NCBI RefSeq assembly: GCF_009914755.1
Contig: NC_060945.1
Direction: 5' to 3' (one strand)
Source of the DNA: the human T2T-CHM13v2.0 reference genome, Homo sapiens
DNA length: 64,000 nt
The translations under genes were made by a program, and so were the position numbers. Under the pieces are notes generated by a model. That model saw only the letters and a list, made by a program, of their open reading frames with translations. It was not told the DNA's origin and did not search any database. Of this stretch, positions 13,410 through 30,902 are shown piece by piece; the stretch's first letter is position 1, and every line of letters begins with the position of its first letter.

Positions 13410-13769
13410 TGCTAGTATTTGAATGTTTGTGTTCTCCCAGAAATCCTATGTTGAAATCTAATCCTCAGTGTGACAGTGTTAAGAGGTGGGATCTTGGATG
13501 GGGGAGGGGGGTCATGAGGAGGAAGCCATTATGAATGGAATTTATGCCCTTATAAATGAGACCTGAGAGAGCTCCCATGCCTCTTCCACCACATAAGAAC
13601 ACAGCAAAAGGGTACCCTCTATGAACCAGGAGACAGACCCTCACTGGATGCAGAATCTATGCCTAGACCTTGGACTTCCCAGCCTCCAGAGCTGTGAAAA
13701 ATAAATTCCTGTATAGAAGCCACCCATTTGATGGCAGTTTTGTTTTAGCAGTCTTAACAGATGGAGACA
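13410..13769 (+). mobile_element. MLT1A/A0 solo LTR
   Basis: ttgaatgtttgtgttctccc...tatgttgaaatctaatcc...gcccttataaa...ttggacttcccagcctccagagctgtgaaaaataaatt...gagaca. Confidence 0.88.
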
Positions 13770-13928
13770 ATTGCAGAGTCCCACAGGATGGAAAGCATCC
13801 AGGTCACTGAATGGTCATATAGAAGGCCTCCTGATGTTCAGGAACACTTCTTTTGGATTTAACTTGAGCAATAAATGAACTACTATTGTGTGCATCCCAG
13901 AGATTTGGGGACGTACCTGTTATAGCAG

Positions 13929-14152
13929 CTAGCACCACTCTAACTCATAGAGTTATAAATGAAAGTGAGGTGCTTATGTTTTATTAACAGGCAGTGAGAA
14001 GTCGGGGGTCTGTATCTTCCAGGGGGTCTGTATCTTCCAGGGGGTCTGTATCTTCCACCTAGCACCACTCTAACTCATAAAGTTACAAATGAAAGTGAGG
14101 TGCTTATGTTTTATTAACAGGCAGTGAGGAGCCAGGGGGTCTGTATCTTCCA
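13929..14152. repeat. ~94-bp tandem duplication with an 18-bp unit triplicated at the junction
   Basis: ctagcaccactctaactcata starts at 13929 and 14059. gggggtctgtatcttcca occurs at 14004, 14022, 14040 and 14135. Confidence 0.95.
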
Positions 14153-15499
14153 TCTATCAAGGAGCACATCTGAGATGGAACTGTTGCCAACCCATGTCCC
14201 ATGGATGAAATAAAAGGAAAGTCCATAGGTTCCTTATTGTGGAGCCTCAGACAACAAATTCTCTGTCACCCTTTAGAGTGGATAAACATCCTTGAATGGT
14301 GGGTCATGCTCATTATTTCAAAAATTTCTTATTTCACTGTAGTGTTGAGCATCTATTATTTTCAAGTCCCCCTACTCCAGCATGTTGAAAAATCAATGAT
14401 ACATGAGATAGAGCTCTTGCTTTTTGAAACATTTCAGCCTAACAAGGAAGAAAAGTCAGGATCAAACTAAAGTGCATTACAAAGCAGGGTGTAAACTTGC
14501 CGCCAAAGAGGAGCAGACTCTATGTGCAGGGGGAAGGTGAGCTTGCATGGTGGTACCACACATGCTACCATGCCAGCTGCCACCAGCAGCTGTGACCACC
14601 ATGGCTGTGACTATGAACACGTGTCCAGCTCACATGCCATGCCAGATGTCATTCTAAGTGCTCTCATTTTTTTTTTTTTTCATTTAACCCTGACACTGAC
14701 CCTACAGATTGGGAACTATTATCTCCATTTTGAAGATGTATATAATGCCATTGGTTGTATTCTGTATTTAGGGGCTTTAGCCTGTCTATGCTTTTAGACT
14801 TATTTGGAGCCAATTCTTAAAAGCATAATATTCATGTCATGGCTTAGGCTTTGTTTTCTTAATCATGTTCATCATGAGTCCTGCAGACCTTTAGTTAATC
14901 TGGTAGACCAGGGTATGTAAAGAGAAGCACATTCATCTGCCAAAGGCAGAATTTCCAGCAAAGCGTTACAGCATGTAAGTGTTTAGTGCATGTGTCCCTT
15001 GAAAACTTGGGCAGCGGCAGTACTGTCTTGATAACTGTTCTTCATTATTATGACTCTTTATTGATAAAATGATTTAGCATAGAACAAAAGGGACATTTTG
15101 TTTGAAAAATGAAGTGCTTGAAGAACTGACCTGCAGATGAACAGAAAATTGATGAAGATGGTTTTCGAAACACATTGTTCTGATCCGAATGCTGAATTCC
15201 ACCCCTACCCTCTTGCTGCCTCCATTAATTCCCTCTGCATGTCTGCAACCACAGCCGTTTACTGACCTTGCTCCACAGCCCCACTATGACTGTGTCTCTG
15301 CCCTCTCATTAATTTCTTCCAACCACCCCCATTAACCTTCATTTTCTTTTTAGCCTCTGCCTCTAAGTCAGCCTAATTTTTTTAGCATACACATTCCCCT
15401 TCCCTCTTGGCCCATTGCCTGGCTTTTGTTTCTTACTTGTGAAAACATTACATGATTCTACTAAGCTGATAAGAATCTATCAGCATTCTATACCCCAAA

Positions 15500-17605
15500 T
15501 TTTCCATTTCCATGTCCTGTTTCCCTGCCAAAATAGCTTTCAACTTTTTCAGCTGCTCCTTTGGGCACTTACTTCCATATTTCTAAAACTTGCTTATGTA
15601 GCTCTTTCTTAATTTTTCAGTTTCAGATATTGTATGATGACTTCCTACATGAAACATGAGGATTTGCCTCTCCTCCTGATCTTTCCTTTCCCTTATTTTC
15701 TCAATACAATTGATGTTTTGATGTTTTCTTTATTATGTCTTTGTTAATGTAATCCACAGCTGAGTCATTTAACATACTGTCATCGCATTTTCTTTCCTGG
15801 AGTTAATAATTTTCTAATTTTACCTTTGCTTAGTTTTTATGTAGTTACCACTATTTTAATGCTGGACTTTCCACCAAAAATATATTTTTCCTTAATATAT
15901 TCAAAGGTCTCAAGAGTAACCTGTAGTTTCCTTTTTTCAAATTTTTTTTCAGAGACTCTTCCTCCATCTTCATGCTCCAGTAGGGCTCTGGCACAGATTC
16001 CATCCTGGAGTGTCTATTCATTATCCTTCAGGGAGCTGTTCAGTATTTCTCCTGTCCTAGGTCATCATATGTTCATTCCTCTTTCATGGTTGTCTTTCTC
16101 ATGTGGATGGAATATATCTTTAGGATCCTGTTAAGAAAGGTGAAGAAAGGGGACCTAGAAGGTATTGAATTTCTGCATTTTTAAGATGTATTTTTCTTAA
16201 CACTTTAATTGAATGATAGTTTGGCTAGGTATACAATTTTAGGGGGTGAACAATTATTTTTTTGGTTTTTAATACTCTTTTATTAGCTTTACTGATACAT
16301 AATTTACAAGCAATAATGATCACTCATTAAAAAGTATACAGTTTTATGATTTTGGTGACTGTATACAGCTGTGTAACGGCTACTACTATCAAGATACAGA
16401 ACAGTCCTATCACCCTAAAACAATTCCTCATGCCCCTCTATATTTGAACCTCAGGCAGCCAGTGCTCTGCTTTGTGTCACTATAGATTTGCCTTTTCCAG
16501 AACTTCATATAAAAGGAATCATACATTACGTAGACTGTTGTGTTTAACTTCTTATTTAGTATGTTTTGTGATTCATCCATGTTGTTGTGTATGCCAGTAT
16601 TTCATTTCAATTTATGGCAGAGTAGTATTCCCTAGTATGGATATCCTGTACCATCCCTTCAACAACTGATAGACAATTTATTTGCATCCATTTTGGGATT
16701 TTATTATTCATTCTGAAACAAACATTAGCATACAAGTCTTTGTGTGCATATATGTGTTTATTTCATTTCTTTTTCAATGAGTGGTATTGCTAGGTCATAT
16801 GGTAAGTTTGTACTTAAGTTTATAAGAAATGGCCAAACTGTTTTCCAAAGTGGCTGTGCCATTTTGCATTTTTGCCAGCAACGCATGAGATTTTTAGTAG
16901 TTGCCCATCCTTTTCAACACGTGGCACTGTTTCTTAAGACTCTGAATTGTTCTTTATTGTATAGCTTCCATTATTGCTGAAGAGGAATCCAACACCATTC
17001 TCATTTCCAATCTTTTGTGCCCTAGTTTTTACTCTAAAATACTTAAAATTCTTCTCTTTAGCCCCAGTTTTCTGAAAATTTACATGGATTGCATTGAGGT
17101 AAGTGTCTTTCATCCATTTGTACTGGATGTTTAAAGGTAACTTTCCAACTGGAGTCTTGCATCCTTCAGTTCCTGGAAATATTCCTAAATTATTTATTTG
17201 GTAATTTATTCTCCATTTTTATCTGAAGTAACTTTCTAAAATATCTGTTATATGGATGTTGGCTTCCTGGAATGATCCTTTTATTTTGTTTATTTTTCTC
17301 TCCCATTTTCATCTCTCTGTCACTTTGTCTTACTAGCTGGAAGATTTCTTTTTTCAATTTTGCCTTTCAATGCATCTGTTTTTCATTTTGACCTGATATT
17401 TTTAGTTTCCTATGTCTATTTTTAGTTGCTTGAATCTATTTTTTTTGTAATCACACTTTTTTCTGATTTTATTTAAAAAGTATCTACTCATAGCTATTAG
17501 GATGTTAATTACAGTTTTTTCCCCAAAAGATATATTATGCTCCCTGCAACATCTCTTTTTTTCTATTTTTTATTTTTTAGAGTTTGTCTTTCCTTTCATG
17601 TTAAA
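15500..17605 (-). mobile_element. Old L1M/HAL1-like fragments with a nested L1M 3' end (~16278-16930)
   Basis: Antisense L1M 3' UTR (acataatttaca...atcaagatacagaacagtcctatcaccc...atttgccttttccagaacttcatataaaaggaatcatac...ccaaactgttttccaaagtggctg), flanked by T-rich antisense ORF1-like sequence. Confidence 0.75.
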
Positions 17606-17606
17606 T

Positions 17607-18388
17607 AAGTGATTCTCAACTGGGTTGGGAGTAGGCAGATATTTCATCTTCAATAGATATTTGTCAATAGCTGGAAATAGTTTGAGTTGTCACAACTGGC
17701 GTGGGTGCTGCTAGCATCTAGCGGGTGGAGGCCAGGGATGTTGCTAAGCATTTTACAATGCACAGAATAGCCCCCTGTGATGGTTAATACTGAGTGTCAA
17801 CCTGATTGGATTGACGGATGCAAAGTATTGTTCCTGGGTGTGTCTGTAGGGGTATTGCCAAAGGAGATTCACATTTGAGTCAGTGGACAGGAAAAAGCAG
17901 ACCCACCCTCAATCTGGGTGGGTACAATCTAATTAGCTGCCAGTACAGCTGGAATAAAGCAGGCAGACGAACATGGAAAAACTAGACTGGCTGAGTCTTC
18001 TGGCCTTCATCTTTCTCCCGTGCTGGATGCTTCCTGCCCTCGAACATTGGACTCCAAGTTCTTCAGCTTTGGGACTCTTGGACCTACACCAGTGGTTTGC
18101 CAGGAGCTCTCAGGCCTTTGGACGCAGACTGAAGGCTGCACTGTCCCCTTCTTAGTTTTGAGGTTTTGGGACTTGGAGTGGCTTTCTTGCTTCTCAGCTT
18201 GCAGATGGCCTATTGCAGGACTTCACTTTGTGATCGTGTAAGTCAATGCTCCTTAATAAACTCCCTTTCATATATACATCTATCCTATTAGTCCTGTCCC
18301 TCTAGAGAACCCTGACTAATACACCTTGCCATAGCAAAGGATTTTCCAGCTGCAAATCATAATAGTGCTGAGGCTGAGAAACCCTGTG
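17607..18388 (+). mobile_element. MER20 (hAT-Charlie) split by an MLT2A LTR
   Basis: gttgtcacaactgg...gcatctagcgggtggaggccagggatgttgctaagcat...gcacag; resumes with aatagtgctgaggctgagaaaccctg. Confidence 0.85.
17776..18323 (+). mobile_element. MLT2A (HERV-L) solo LTR
   Basis: tgtgatggttaatactgagtgtcaacctgattggattga...aataaa...cctattagtcctgtccctctagagaaccctgactaataca, with TG...CA termini. Confidence 0.93.
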
Positions 18389-19712
18389 CTTGTAGATGCT
18401 TTTGTGAAATGTCTGCTGATAGTTCATATTTAAAGGCAGTGCATTCCAAAGTATCTGTGGGCAAGGCTTGCTGACCCGTGGCTTCAAGGTAGGGAGGTTT
18501 GGCTGGGTCTTTCCATTGTTATGTTTGGATCATTGTTAGGGCTCAGGAGAAATCCTCAAAGTCCTAGCATGAGTGTGTAGCGGGAAGAGTATAAGTCTGG
18601 CAACGCATGTGCTCTGAACTGAAGGGGCTCAGGGGTCTTACCCTTTAGTGTGTCCATTTTTATTGAATTCTCTTAACCTCAGTGATGCCTCTATTTCAGT
18701 CTCTCTAGAGAATGAACTTCAGCCTCATGCCGGGTGGAGGTGGACAGCTTGGGAGGTAACTGCCCTTACACAGACTTTCAATCAATGCTCCTGTTTTTGG
18801 GAACACCTGCTCCCCAGTGTCCCCCTGAGCTCTAACCTCTGTCCATCCTCCCTGCAGGTCATTCCTTCTTTCAGAGTTGACTCTGCTGGTTTTCCCCAGT
18901 AGCTGCCACATACCCTTTAAATTCTCTTTAAACGCTTATCCACTGTCAGCTGCTCCCTGAAGTCTTAGCAGATGATCTCACCTCCCATGTTACTGAGCAG
19001 ACTGAAGCCATTCCAATATAAATCCTAATTTCATTCCTCTTATGGACGGCGTGGCTTAGCCTCATCTCTCTTCTCACTCCTGTTTATGAAGAAATATCTG
19101 TTCCCTTATAAAGGTGCCCCGTTGCCCTGTGTGCCGGATCACTCTCCTCCTAGCTGTCCAAAAAAGCTGCTCCACAGTTCTCCTTTACGTGAGCATTCCG
19201 TTTCTTCCACATCATGGTCCCCGTTCTTCCCGTAAAAATATGGTCAAGTCTACTCTGGCTTTAAAAACAAAGTCATTCCATTACTCTGGTATTTACTAAG
19301 ACTCCTGTCCTTCTCCTCACAGCCAATTTTCTTTAAAAAAGTTGTCTGCATTTCTGGAAAAAAATTACCCACCTGGCATATGAGAGCTGGCCCTCCCTTC
19401 CTTCCCTCCAAATATCACTGGTGATAATCCTGGCTGACCCTCTGGGGGACAATCCCAGAGTTCCCTATCCTCTTGTCACTGTGTTTCCTCTCTGCTGGTT
19501 TCTTCTCTCCCCGTTATTGGGTGTTCCTTTCCTCCTGCTCACTAATACATGGAAGAGTCGCTCTGGGCACCGCACTCCCCTTATTCCTTCTCTGCGGGAT
19601 AATCGTAGGCAGACCCATGGTTTCTACTCAGTTGGCTCCCAGATCTGCATCACCAGCTTCCCGGTTTAACAAGCTCAGGTTCCCTATGAGGCATACCTGA
19701 GGGTAAGAGCCC

Positions 19713-20175
19713 TGTGATTTTAGATTATGTGGGTATATTAGTCATATGTGTATTTTTTGCATTTTATGATGCTTTGCTGATGCTTTGCTATTCTGGGGCC
19801 TGGAGAGACGATCCCTTCCAGCGCTAGCGAATTCCCGACATAGCAAACATTTTCCCTGCAAACACGCCTTTCATGTGCAAAACAATAAAAGAAAGCCCAA
19901 ATCACCAACCACCTCTTTTATCAAACGCTCATATACCAAGCCAATGTTTTCTCTGCCCTAAATTGCCCCAAAGGTCAGGTACTGGACAACTAGAGACCAT
20001 CTCTCTAGCCCAGAGCCTGCTGAAATTATTCAAACTATCCAATCCTAAACTTGCTCAAACTTATCTACTCTGCTTCACCATGGAAACCATCATGAGGGCT
20101 CCGGGCCAGGATTTCCCCAGCCTCCCGACTGGTCCTGCATGGCATGGTGTACTCCCTTCTCTTGGGAACTGCGAG
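19713..20175 (+). mobile_element. LTR47-like ERVL LTR
   Basis: ctggagagac...gctagcgaattccc...gcctttcatgtgcaaa...ggacaactagagacc...cctgctgaaattattcaaactatccaatcctaaac...cttgggaactg. Confidence 0.65.
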
Positions 20176-20879
20176 GGAATCCTGGCCACAGCTGCAGCAG
20201 TGCGGAAAAAAAGACAGAAGTCAAAATATTGCTGCAATGGCTACGTGCATAATGGCAGAGTGCGGCATCCCCTGTCAACCTGCTGTGGTTTCCTGGTGGG
20301 CTCACGTTGCCAGGTGTGGAAAATAGCCTCTCACCTCAGAGAAAATATTCGGCATTTCTACCCTTCCTCCACATCACACCTTCATTGTGTTCTATCTTAA
20401 TTTGGGAACTTTTGTTTTGTTTTGTTTTGCTCCTAAGCTATTCACATACTTCTGCTTGCCAAATTACTCTGAAATTACATTTTGTTGTCCATCTGTAGAT
20501 GTAGACCAAGGAAATATGGTCTTTCACTCTTTTTAAGTTCAAAATAAAAGCCTAGTGCGTATTCTGTGATTTAGTGCACAAAGGAGCAAGCAACCTCTTG
20601 GGAGCCCCGCACTTGCTCACGTGCTCATTAAGCTGCTCTTGGATGGAGCCTCGTGGCTTAGGTGCTGAGTCCTGCCACACATAATAGTCACCTGGGAAGC
20701 TCTGTAAAAGCACCATTGTGTGGGCTCCTCCCCAGACCAATTATAGGGCTTGGGCATCAGGATTTTCACAAAGCTTTTCAAAGGATTCAAATGTGCTGCC
20801 AGCACAGAGAACTAACGTTCCAGTTGGGTTTTGTTCTCTGCTTTTTTGTGCTTTTTTGGCCAAGACTTAAGTTTTTCTC

Positions 20880-21065
20880 CAAAGGTTCTCAGACTTCAGT
20901 GTATATTGGAATCACCTGGAGAACTTGCTAAGACGGATTTTGGACGCTCATCCTCAGCGTTTTTGATTCAGTAGGTCTGGGGTGGGGCCTAAGAATGTGC
21001 ATTTCTAACAAATACCCAGTTGATGCTGGTACTGCTGGTCCAGGCCACTTCTTTGAGAACCACTG
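20880..21065. mobile_element. MER5A (hAT-Charlie); a second MER5-like piece lies at ~20670-20810
   Basis: gaatcacctggagaacttgctaa...tgattcagtaggtctggggtggggcctaagaatgtgcatttctaacaa...ctttgagaaccactg. Confidence 0.88.
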
Positions 21066-21472
21066 CCTAACTCTGCCTAAGGGTGTTCCTCTTCTGGGAT
21101 CTGTTTCTCAGAGTTAGGGTAATCAATTAGTCTCCATTTTGGCATTAAACCTCTTATGTTCTGGGAAACCCCTCAGTCCCTGGAAAACCGGGATAGTTTG
21201 TCCCCAAAAAGATATGTCTGCATCCTAATCTCCAGAATCTGTCGATGCGACCTTACTTGGGAAAAGGCAGAGACCCCAGACCCTGTCTCTGCATATGTAA
21301 TGAAGTTAGGAATCTTGAGATGAGATTATCCTGGGTTATCTGGGTAGGCCCTAAATCCAATGGCAAGCGTCCTTATAAGAACAACACAGAGGAAGATTAC
21401 ACAGACAGAAGAGAAGGTGACCATGTGACCACAGAGGCATGGAGTGCAGAGAGACAGTCCCAAGCCAAGGAA

Positions 21473-22444
<972 letters not shown>

Positions 22445-23561
22445 GGAATGCAGATGGCCACCAGAGGCTGGAAGAGACAAGGTATCCATTCTCCCCTAGA
22501 TCCTTTGGAGAGAGCATAGTCTTGCTGATATCTTAATTTTGGATTTCTTCTGCAGAACTGTGAGAGAATGCTTGTCTGTTATTTTAAGCCACCGGGTTTG
22601 TGGTAATCTGTGACAGCAGCTCTAGGTAACTAATACCATCCCTTTAACTCACCACTACTATTCTAGAGGGATATTGGGGGCAGTTTCCACCTCTCCTGCC
22701 TATCAAAAGTGAGATGTTCTGAAATCACGTAACCTTCACAAAGACCAGCTGATTGACTAATGAGTCTATAAAAACACTTCCCAGAAAGAACAGTCTAGAA
22801 ACCAATGAAGCACAGCTAATCTGACCTATTACAAGTACGGAAGACTATCTACGGTAGGTCATTAAGCAGCCAATGATGTAAATAAAACCTCTGCTAATGT
22901 TAAATGTGCCACTTTGTTTTGCAGGATGCAGCAGGCCGACAGTCATAGGCGGCCTGTTGGAAGCGCTCTGCAGCAGCTGTGCTCAGGGTGCAGCGAGACC
23001 TGGTGGAGAGAGCTGGTGGCTTCGTTGAGGAGGGATGGCAATGTTAGAGCCCAGTGTGGATGGCCTTTCCGTGTTCTGTGAAGGCGCTGGCAACTCCACA
23101 GAGCTGGAAAGGCTGGGCCATGAACAGGGCTCACCCTGTCAACTCCAAGTCACCTCCAGGACCTGTGGCTAAAATGATTGGAAGAGGAAGGGCCAGAAAC
23201 ACATGGAAAGCTCTAGAAGTGTCAGATTGGCCTCGTACAGCCCTTGGGCTAGCTCCACTCTGGAAAACCAGGTATGAATGTATTTGGGGCCCCGGACTGG
23301 GGTGCTCTCTTTTCCCCATTTCTTCTGGCTGTTTAGCTGCTGCCTCTGAGGGGTTTCTGGCTCCTATACCTTTGCTGAAGTTTGAGTCATGATTTTCTCT
23401 TGATGCTCGTCTTTTGGACTGTTTGCTGACGTCCCACTGTGTGAACAGTCTTCTTCAGGTTGCCCGTACTTAGTGTCCAGCGTATGCTGTGATGTATTGT
23501 ACTTAAAGAAAGCTCCTCCGTTGTCTGATAAGAATATATTTCTGCATACAGAGATTACAAA

Positions 23562-23907
23562 TTATTTTATTATTTTATTTTATTTTATTTTATTTTATTC
23601 TATTTTATTTTTTGAGACGGGTCTAGCTCTGTTGCCCAGACTGGAGTGCAATGACGAGATCTTAGCTTACTGCAAACCTGCAACTTCTGCCTCCTGGGCT
23701 CAAGCAATCCTCCCACCTCAGCCTCTGGAGTAGCTAGCACCGCAGGTGTGTGCTACCACACCAGTCTATTTTTTTTGTTTGTTTTTTTTAGAAACAGAGT
23801 CTTGTTTTATAAACAGGTGGGCCTCAAACTCCTGAGCTCAACAGATCTGCCCGCCTTGGCCTCCCAAAGTGCTCATGGATTACAGCCATGAGCCACCATG
23901 CCTGGCC
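23562..23907 (-). mobile_element. AluJ with (TTTTA)n tail
   Basis: AluJ-type ctcctgggctcaagcaatcctcccacctcagcc; tail expanded as TTTTA repeats. Confidence 0.93.
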
Positions 23908-24297
23908 TAAAAATTTTTTTAACAGTTTACTCTGCATGTAATAAAGCAGTCTTGAACTGGGAGACTTCTAACCAAAAGTGCTAAGTAGCTCAGGTCATAG
24001 CATTTACAGTGTAGCTCATGAAGCACAAATGAAGAAGAACACTGACTTTATTGTTACGGGCTATTATAAACTCTCATTCCTTTTAGGCCAAGTAGAACTG
24101 TATAAGCTGTTTTGTCTGTAGCTGATTAGCTCAGAATCATGCTGACAAAATAAAATCTTAAGTTTTGTTTACAGTTAAAGCTAGCATTGCAAGGAAATCA
24201 GGATGGTTTGTTAGCTATGTGGCTGTGGGCAGTTGGCCCAGAGGTATAGCCGAACTGTAACCTCTGTTTTCTCTTTTTAAATATTCTCATTATATGA

Positions 24298-24700
24298 ATT
24301 TAAGGTTTACAACATGTTGCTTTGATGTATGTGTACATGGTGCAGTCATTTACCACAGTCATGTAAATCAACGTATCCATCACCTTGCATAGTTCTTTTT
24401 TTTTTTTTTGTAGTAAGAGTACCAAAAATGGACACTTTTTAGCAGTCCTCATATTGTATATTAGATTTCTAGGGTAATCCATCCCAGCTAACTGCATCTT
24501 GATATGCTTCCATGTCTCCACATTCCTACCAAGCCCCCACCCCTGGTAATCAACTTTCTATTCTGTTTGTATGTATTTAATTATTATTTTTGTATTCCAC
24601 GTATAAGTGAAATCAGGCAGTATTTTTTTTTTCCCTGTCTGGCTTATTTTACTTAGCATAATGTCCTCTAGGTTCATCCATGTTACTGCAAATGGCAGGC
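24298..24700 (-). mobile_element. L1MA-type 3' end, antisense
   Basis: tttaaggtttacaacatg...atccatcacct...ttccacgtataagtga...gtctggcttattttacttagcataatgtcctctaggttcatccatgtt. Confidence 0.85.
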
Positions 24701-26665
24701 TCTCTTACAAATTATTTAAGGGCAAGAATCAGGCTATCTGCTTTTTCTCACTTTCAACACACCCAGGCCTCTCACATCACCATACAATGGAATCTTAACT
24801 AGCACAGGTTTATTCCATTTCCCACCATTCAAAAACTATTATCGAGTCTAAATATTATTGAAAACTTTCTGGTTCAGCTTTCAATTGAAGGGGGCCCCCA
24901 AATGGATCTCAGCAGCTGGCTACTAAATGTTCCAAAACATGAGGCAAGAGGATCCACACACTGTACCTGGGAGAGGGTGCTGTGGTCACAGGAAAAGCTC
25001 AGTACCCGGCACCTCTGCAGACACTCAGTGACTTTGCTGAATGAATGCAGCCCGAGGGAATCAGCGGCACCTGGTAATAGAAATACATAGATGCATTTTG
25101 CATGACAGAGAGAATCCATTTGGAAACTCAACTTTTGCAGTAATGGTTGTTATGGGACTCAGTTTCAGAGACCATAAAAGAGAAATTCTAAGTTATGTTT
25201 AATGTCATGTCCAGCCCAGGACATGACCTGACCAAAGGCTTCAAATGTGTTTGAAATCTGGTGTTTCAGTCTAAAAATTCACATAAACGTTGCATTCAAT
25301 TCTCTAGTACTTGCACTTTACTCACCAGGGAAAGAAATCACTTTTTCAGGAAGATGCGCCATGTTTGCTTTGTGACTTTCTCACTCCTTCACTGCTAGGT
25401 ACTCTAGAATTCAAGGTTCGCATGCACAGCTCTTCAATGTGACTGGCTCATAGAACAACTGTAAGTAATTGTGTTAAAATAGTAATTTTAAAGAGGGAGT
25501 GTGTTTAACATAGTTTATAAAATGTAAAAGATGTAAGATCCAGTACATAGTTCTAGCCACCTCTACAGCTAGCTATGAAGGATGATCTTAGAGAAAATTT
25601 AAAGTGCTTATTGCTAAAAATAGAAGCAACCTGTCAAGATGCAATGGGCTTTTGTAACAGGCTCTGCAACCTCTTCTCAAAAAAGTAGAATTGTTAGTAG
25701 GCTAAAATGCTGTGGGATTTTAATACACAGGTTTACCACTGAAGTTTTTAATTTGGGATGGCTAACATAAAAATGATCTTCTATCAACACTTTAGAGGAT
25801 GGTTTCTTTGGGATTTATTTATAATTTTACTGAAAAATTACTGTGTAGGGAAGAGAGAGTGACTGTTTCTGAATATCATTGAAATTACGCTATGCAAAGG
25901 CCTTAAACTGGAGAAAGAAGAGGAGCTTAAAGAGAAAATAGAAAACCTCCCATCGATGGGATGATTATTTCAAAAACTAAAAATTTTGTGTCAGTCACTT
26001 TGGTGCAAAATTACAAAGACTCTCTGTTGGTTCCTTACACATTTCAATTGGATTTGTTTTTGGCATTTTATTACTCAGTCCCAAATCCAAAGGGAATTTC
26101 ATAAAATTAATTTGTTCACTTCCCCACCACCCCACCAACAAAAGCCCCCAAACGCAATGTTGTATCCAAGGATAGTCAGGCTTCCTGCTGATAAAAGCTG
26201 ATCTTGTTCTTCTAGCTAATGTTCTAGGGAACTATTTCTAGAAGCTTAGGAATGTCTTTAAAACTTAGAAGCTCAAGTCAATGTCATGTAAATGAAACTA
26301 AGCTTATGAAAAATTAGTTTCTTTCTACTTTTGGCACCCTCAGTAAACACTGCAGCACAGATTTTTTTTTTCCACAATGTCTGACCTTGGGAAGTTATGG
26401 CACATGACAGAATAAAACAAAGTAGAAAGAGTATTTTAAAAATATTATGTGAGCCTGCTAACTCTTGGTTTTAAATGTAGACGTTGGCTTCTAAGCAACT
26501 AATTTTTAAAAACTTAAAGATAAGAAACTAAGTTTTATGAAAAGAAGTGGTACTTCTGAGGTTTTAAGAGTTAAACTTATCTGAGGAGGAAGAAATTTCT
26601 ATGAATGTGTGGCGAAACTTTGAGGGGTATTTGATATACCTTCTGCGAACTGACTCTCAAAGTGA

Positions 26666-27026
<361 letters not shown>

Positions 27027-27852
27027 TAACAGGTAAGGCAGGAGAGAAGGGGAGGCTGTGGATTGAGTCATATTTTTCTCAAAGTTGTGTCCAAAATATG
27101 CTTCTATCAGTGTCGGTGTTAATAAGCCAAGCAGTCACGTGAAATGGGATGTTCTTTCTTGCTTCTTTTTTTGAAACTTGCTGACCTGATGTGTTTTCCA
27201 CCTCAAATTTCAAGAGTCAGGTGGATTTTTCTTTCTTTTTCTTTTTTTGAAGTTCAAATTCTGCCAGTTTGTATATTTTTGGCTGGGGCTCAAAAATAAA
27301 ATAGGCAGGCATTTATTAAATACAGTGACTTTTCAAAAACTGTTATTTCTATATTTTTATTTTTAACAATGTGAATAGAAATTTTAAAAGAATGCTTCAT
27401 GTTAGCAAGAACGCTTACAGAATGAAACTTTTCTTAAAAATTTGAATTTAACAACCCCAGAAAACACTGCATTTTAGCTTAAGTCAGGAATCCAAGGAGA
27501 GGAGAGGAAATAGAGGGATGAGAGAATGGGTCTGACTTGAATTCTACCTCAGATGTAGGGAAACACAGTAACAGTTTTTCAACCCTTTCGGCATCAATAA
27601 TCATCACTTGCATTTCAGTTCGGTTCAGAAATTGTCATTCATGGCCTTTTTCTGGGTCTTATAAGCACTCAGTGCTACTCTGCTTACAAGGAGGGCAAAT
27701 TCCTCACTTTGGTTATGACCTTTGGTCTCTTCCACTTCCTCACTCTCACTGCTTTTATTTTCATTTATTAAATTCACCTCTGTGTGTGTCCACGTTGCAT
27801 GTGCAGTATTTTTTTTTTCTAGTCTTGACTTTGAGCTTCTAGATACTGCTAG

Positions 27853-28205
<353 letters not shown>

Positions 28206-28499
28206 TAGAAAATTATTTCAGATAGCCTCAGTTGAGTCCTCCTTCGTATGTGACATTTCTCATCAGTTATCCTAGTTAATTCCCTAGTGGGTTGCTCACA
28301 GTGGCTAATCTGTCCCTTTCCTAGTCTCTCCAATTTTCAAACTTACTTTCTTAAACCTCCTTATCCTCTGAAAATCAACTTGTGTTCTACTTCACTGAGA
28401 AGACATGACTATTTAAATTTTCCCTCTCTCTCAGCCTGTTTCACCCCACCAGTATCAGAATTCTCTACATCGCCTGTTCTCTTCTCTTTTAGTAATATT

Positions 28500-30902
<2,403 letters not shown>

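Larger units (their letters stand above)
13104..13950 (+). mobile_element. Old MLT1 (MLT1I/J-like) LTR containing the hairpin and a nested MLT1A
   Basis: tgtggccgagctggctaacagctcacca...tgtggccacgtgcctgagtcc; 3' end aataaatgaactactattgtg...tgttatagcagctagc. Confidence 0.6.

Noticed and set aside
19873-20400. 175-aa ORF
   Set aside because: It runs from an LTR47-like element into flanking DNA and resembles no protein family I recognise.
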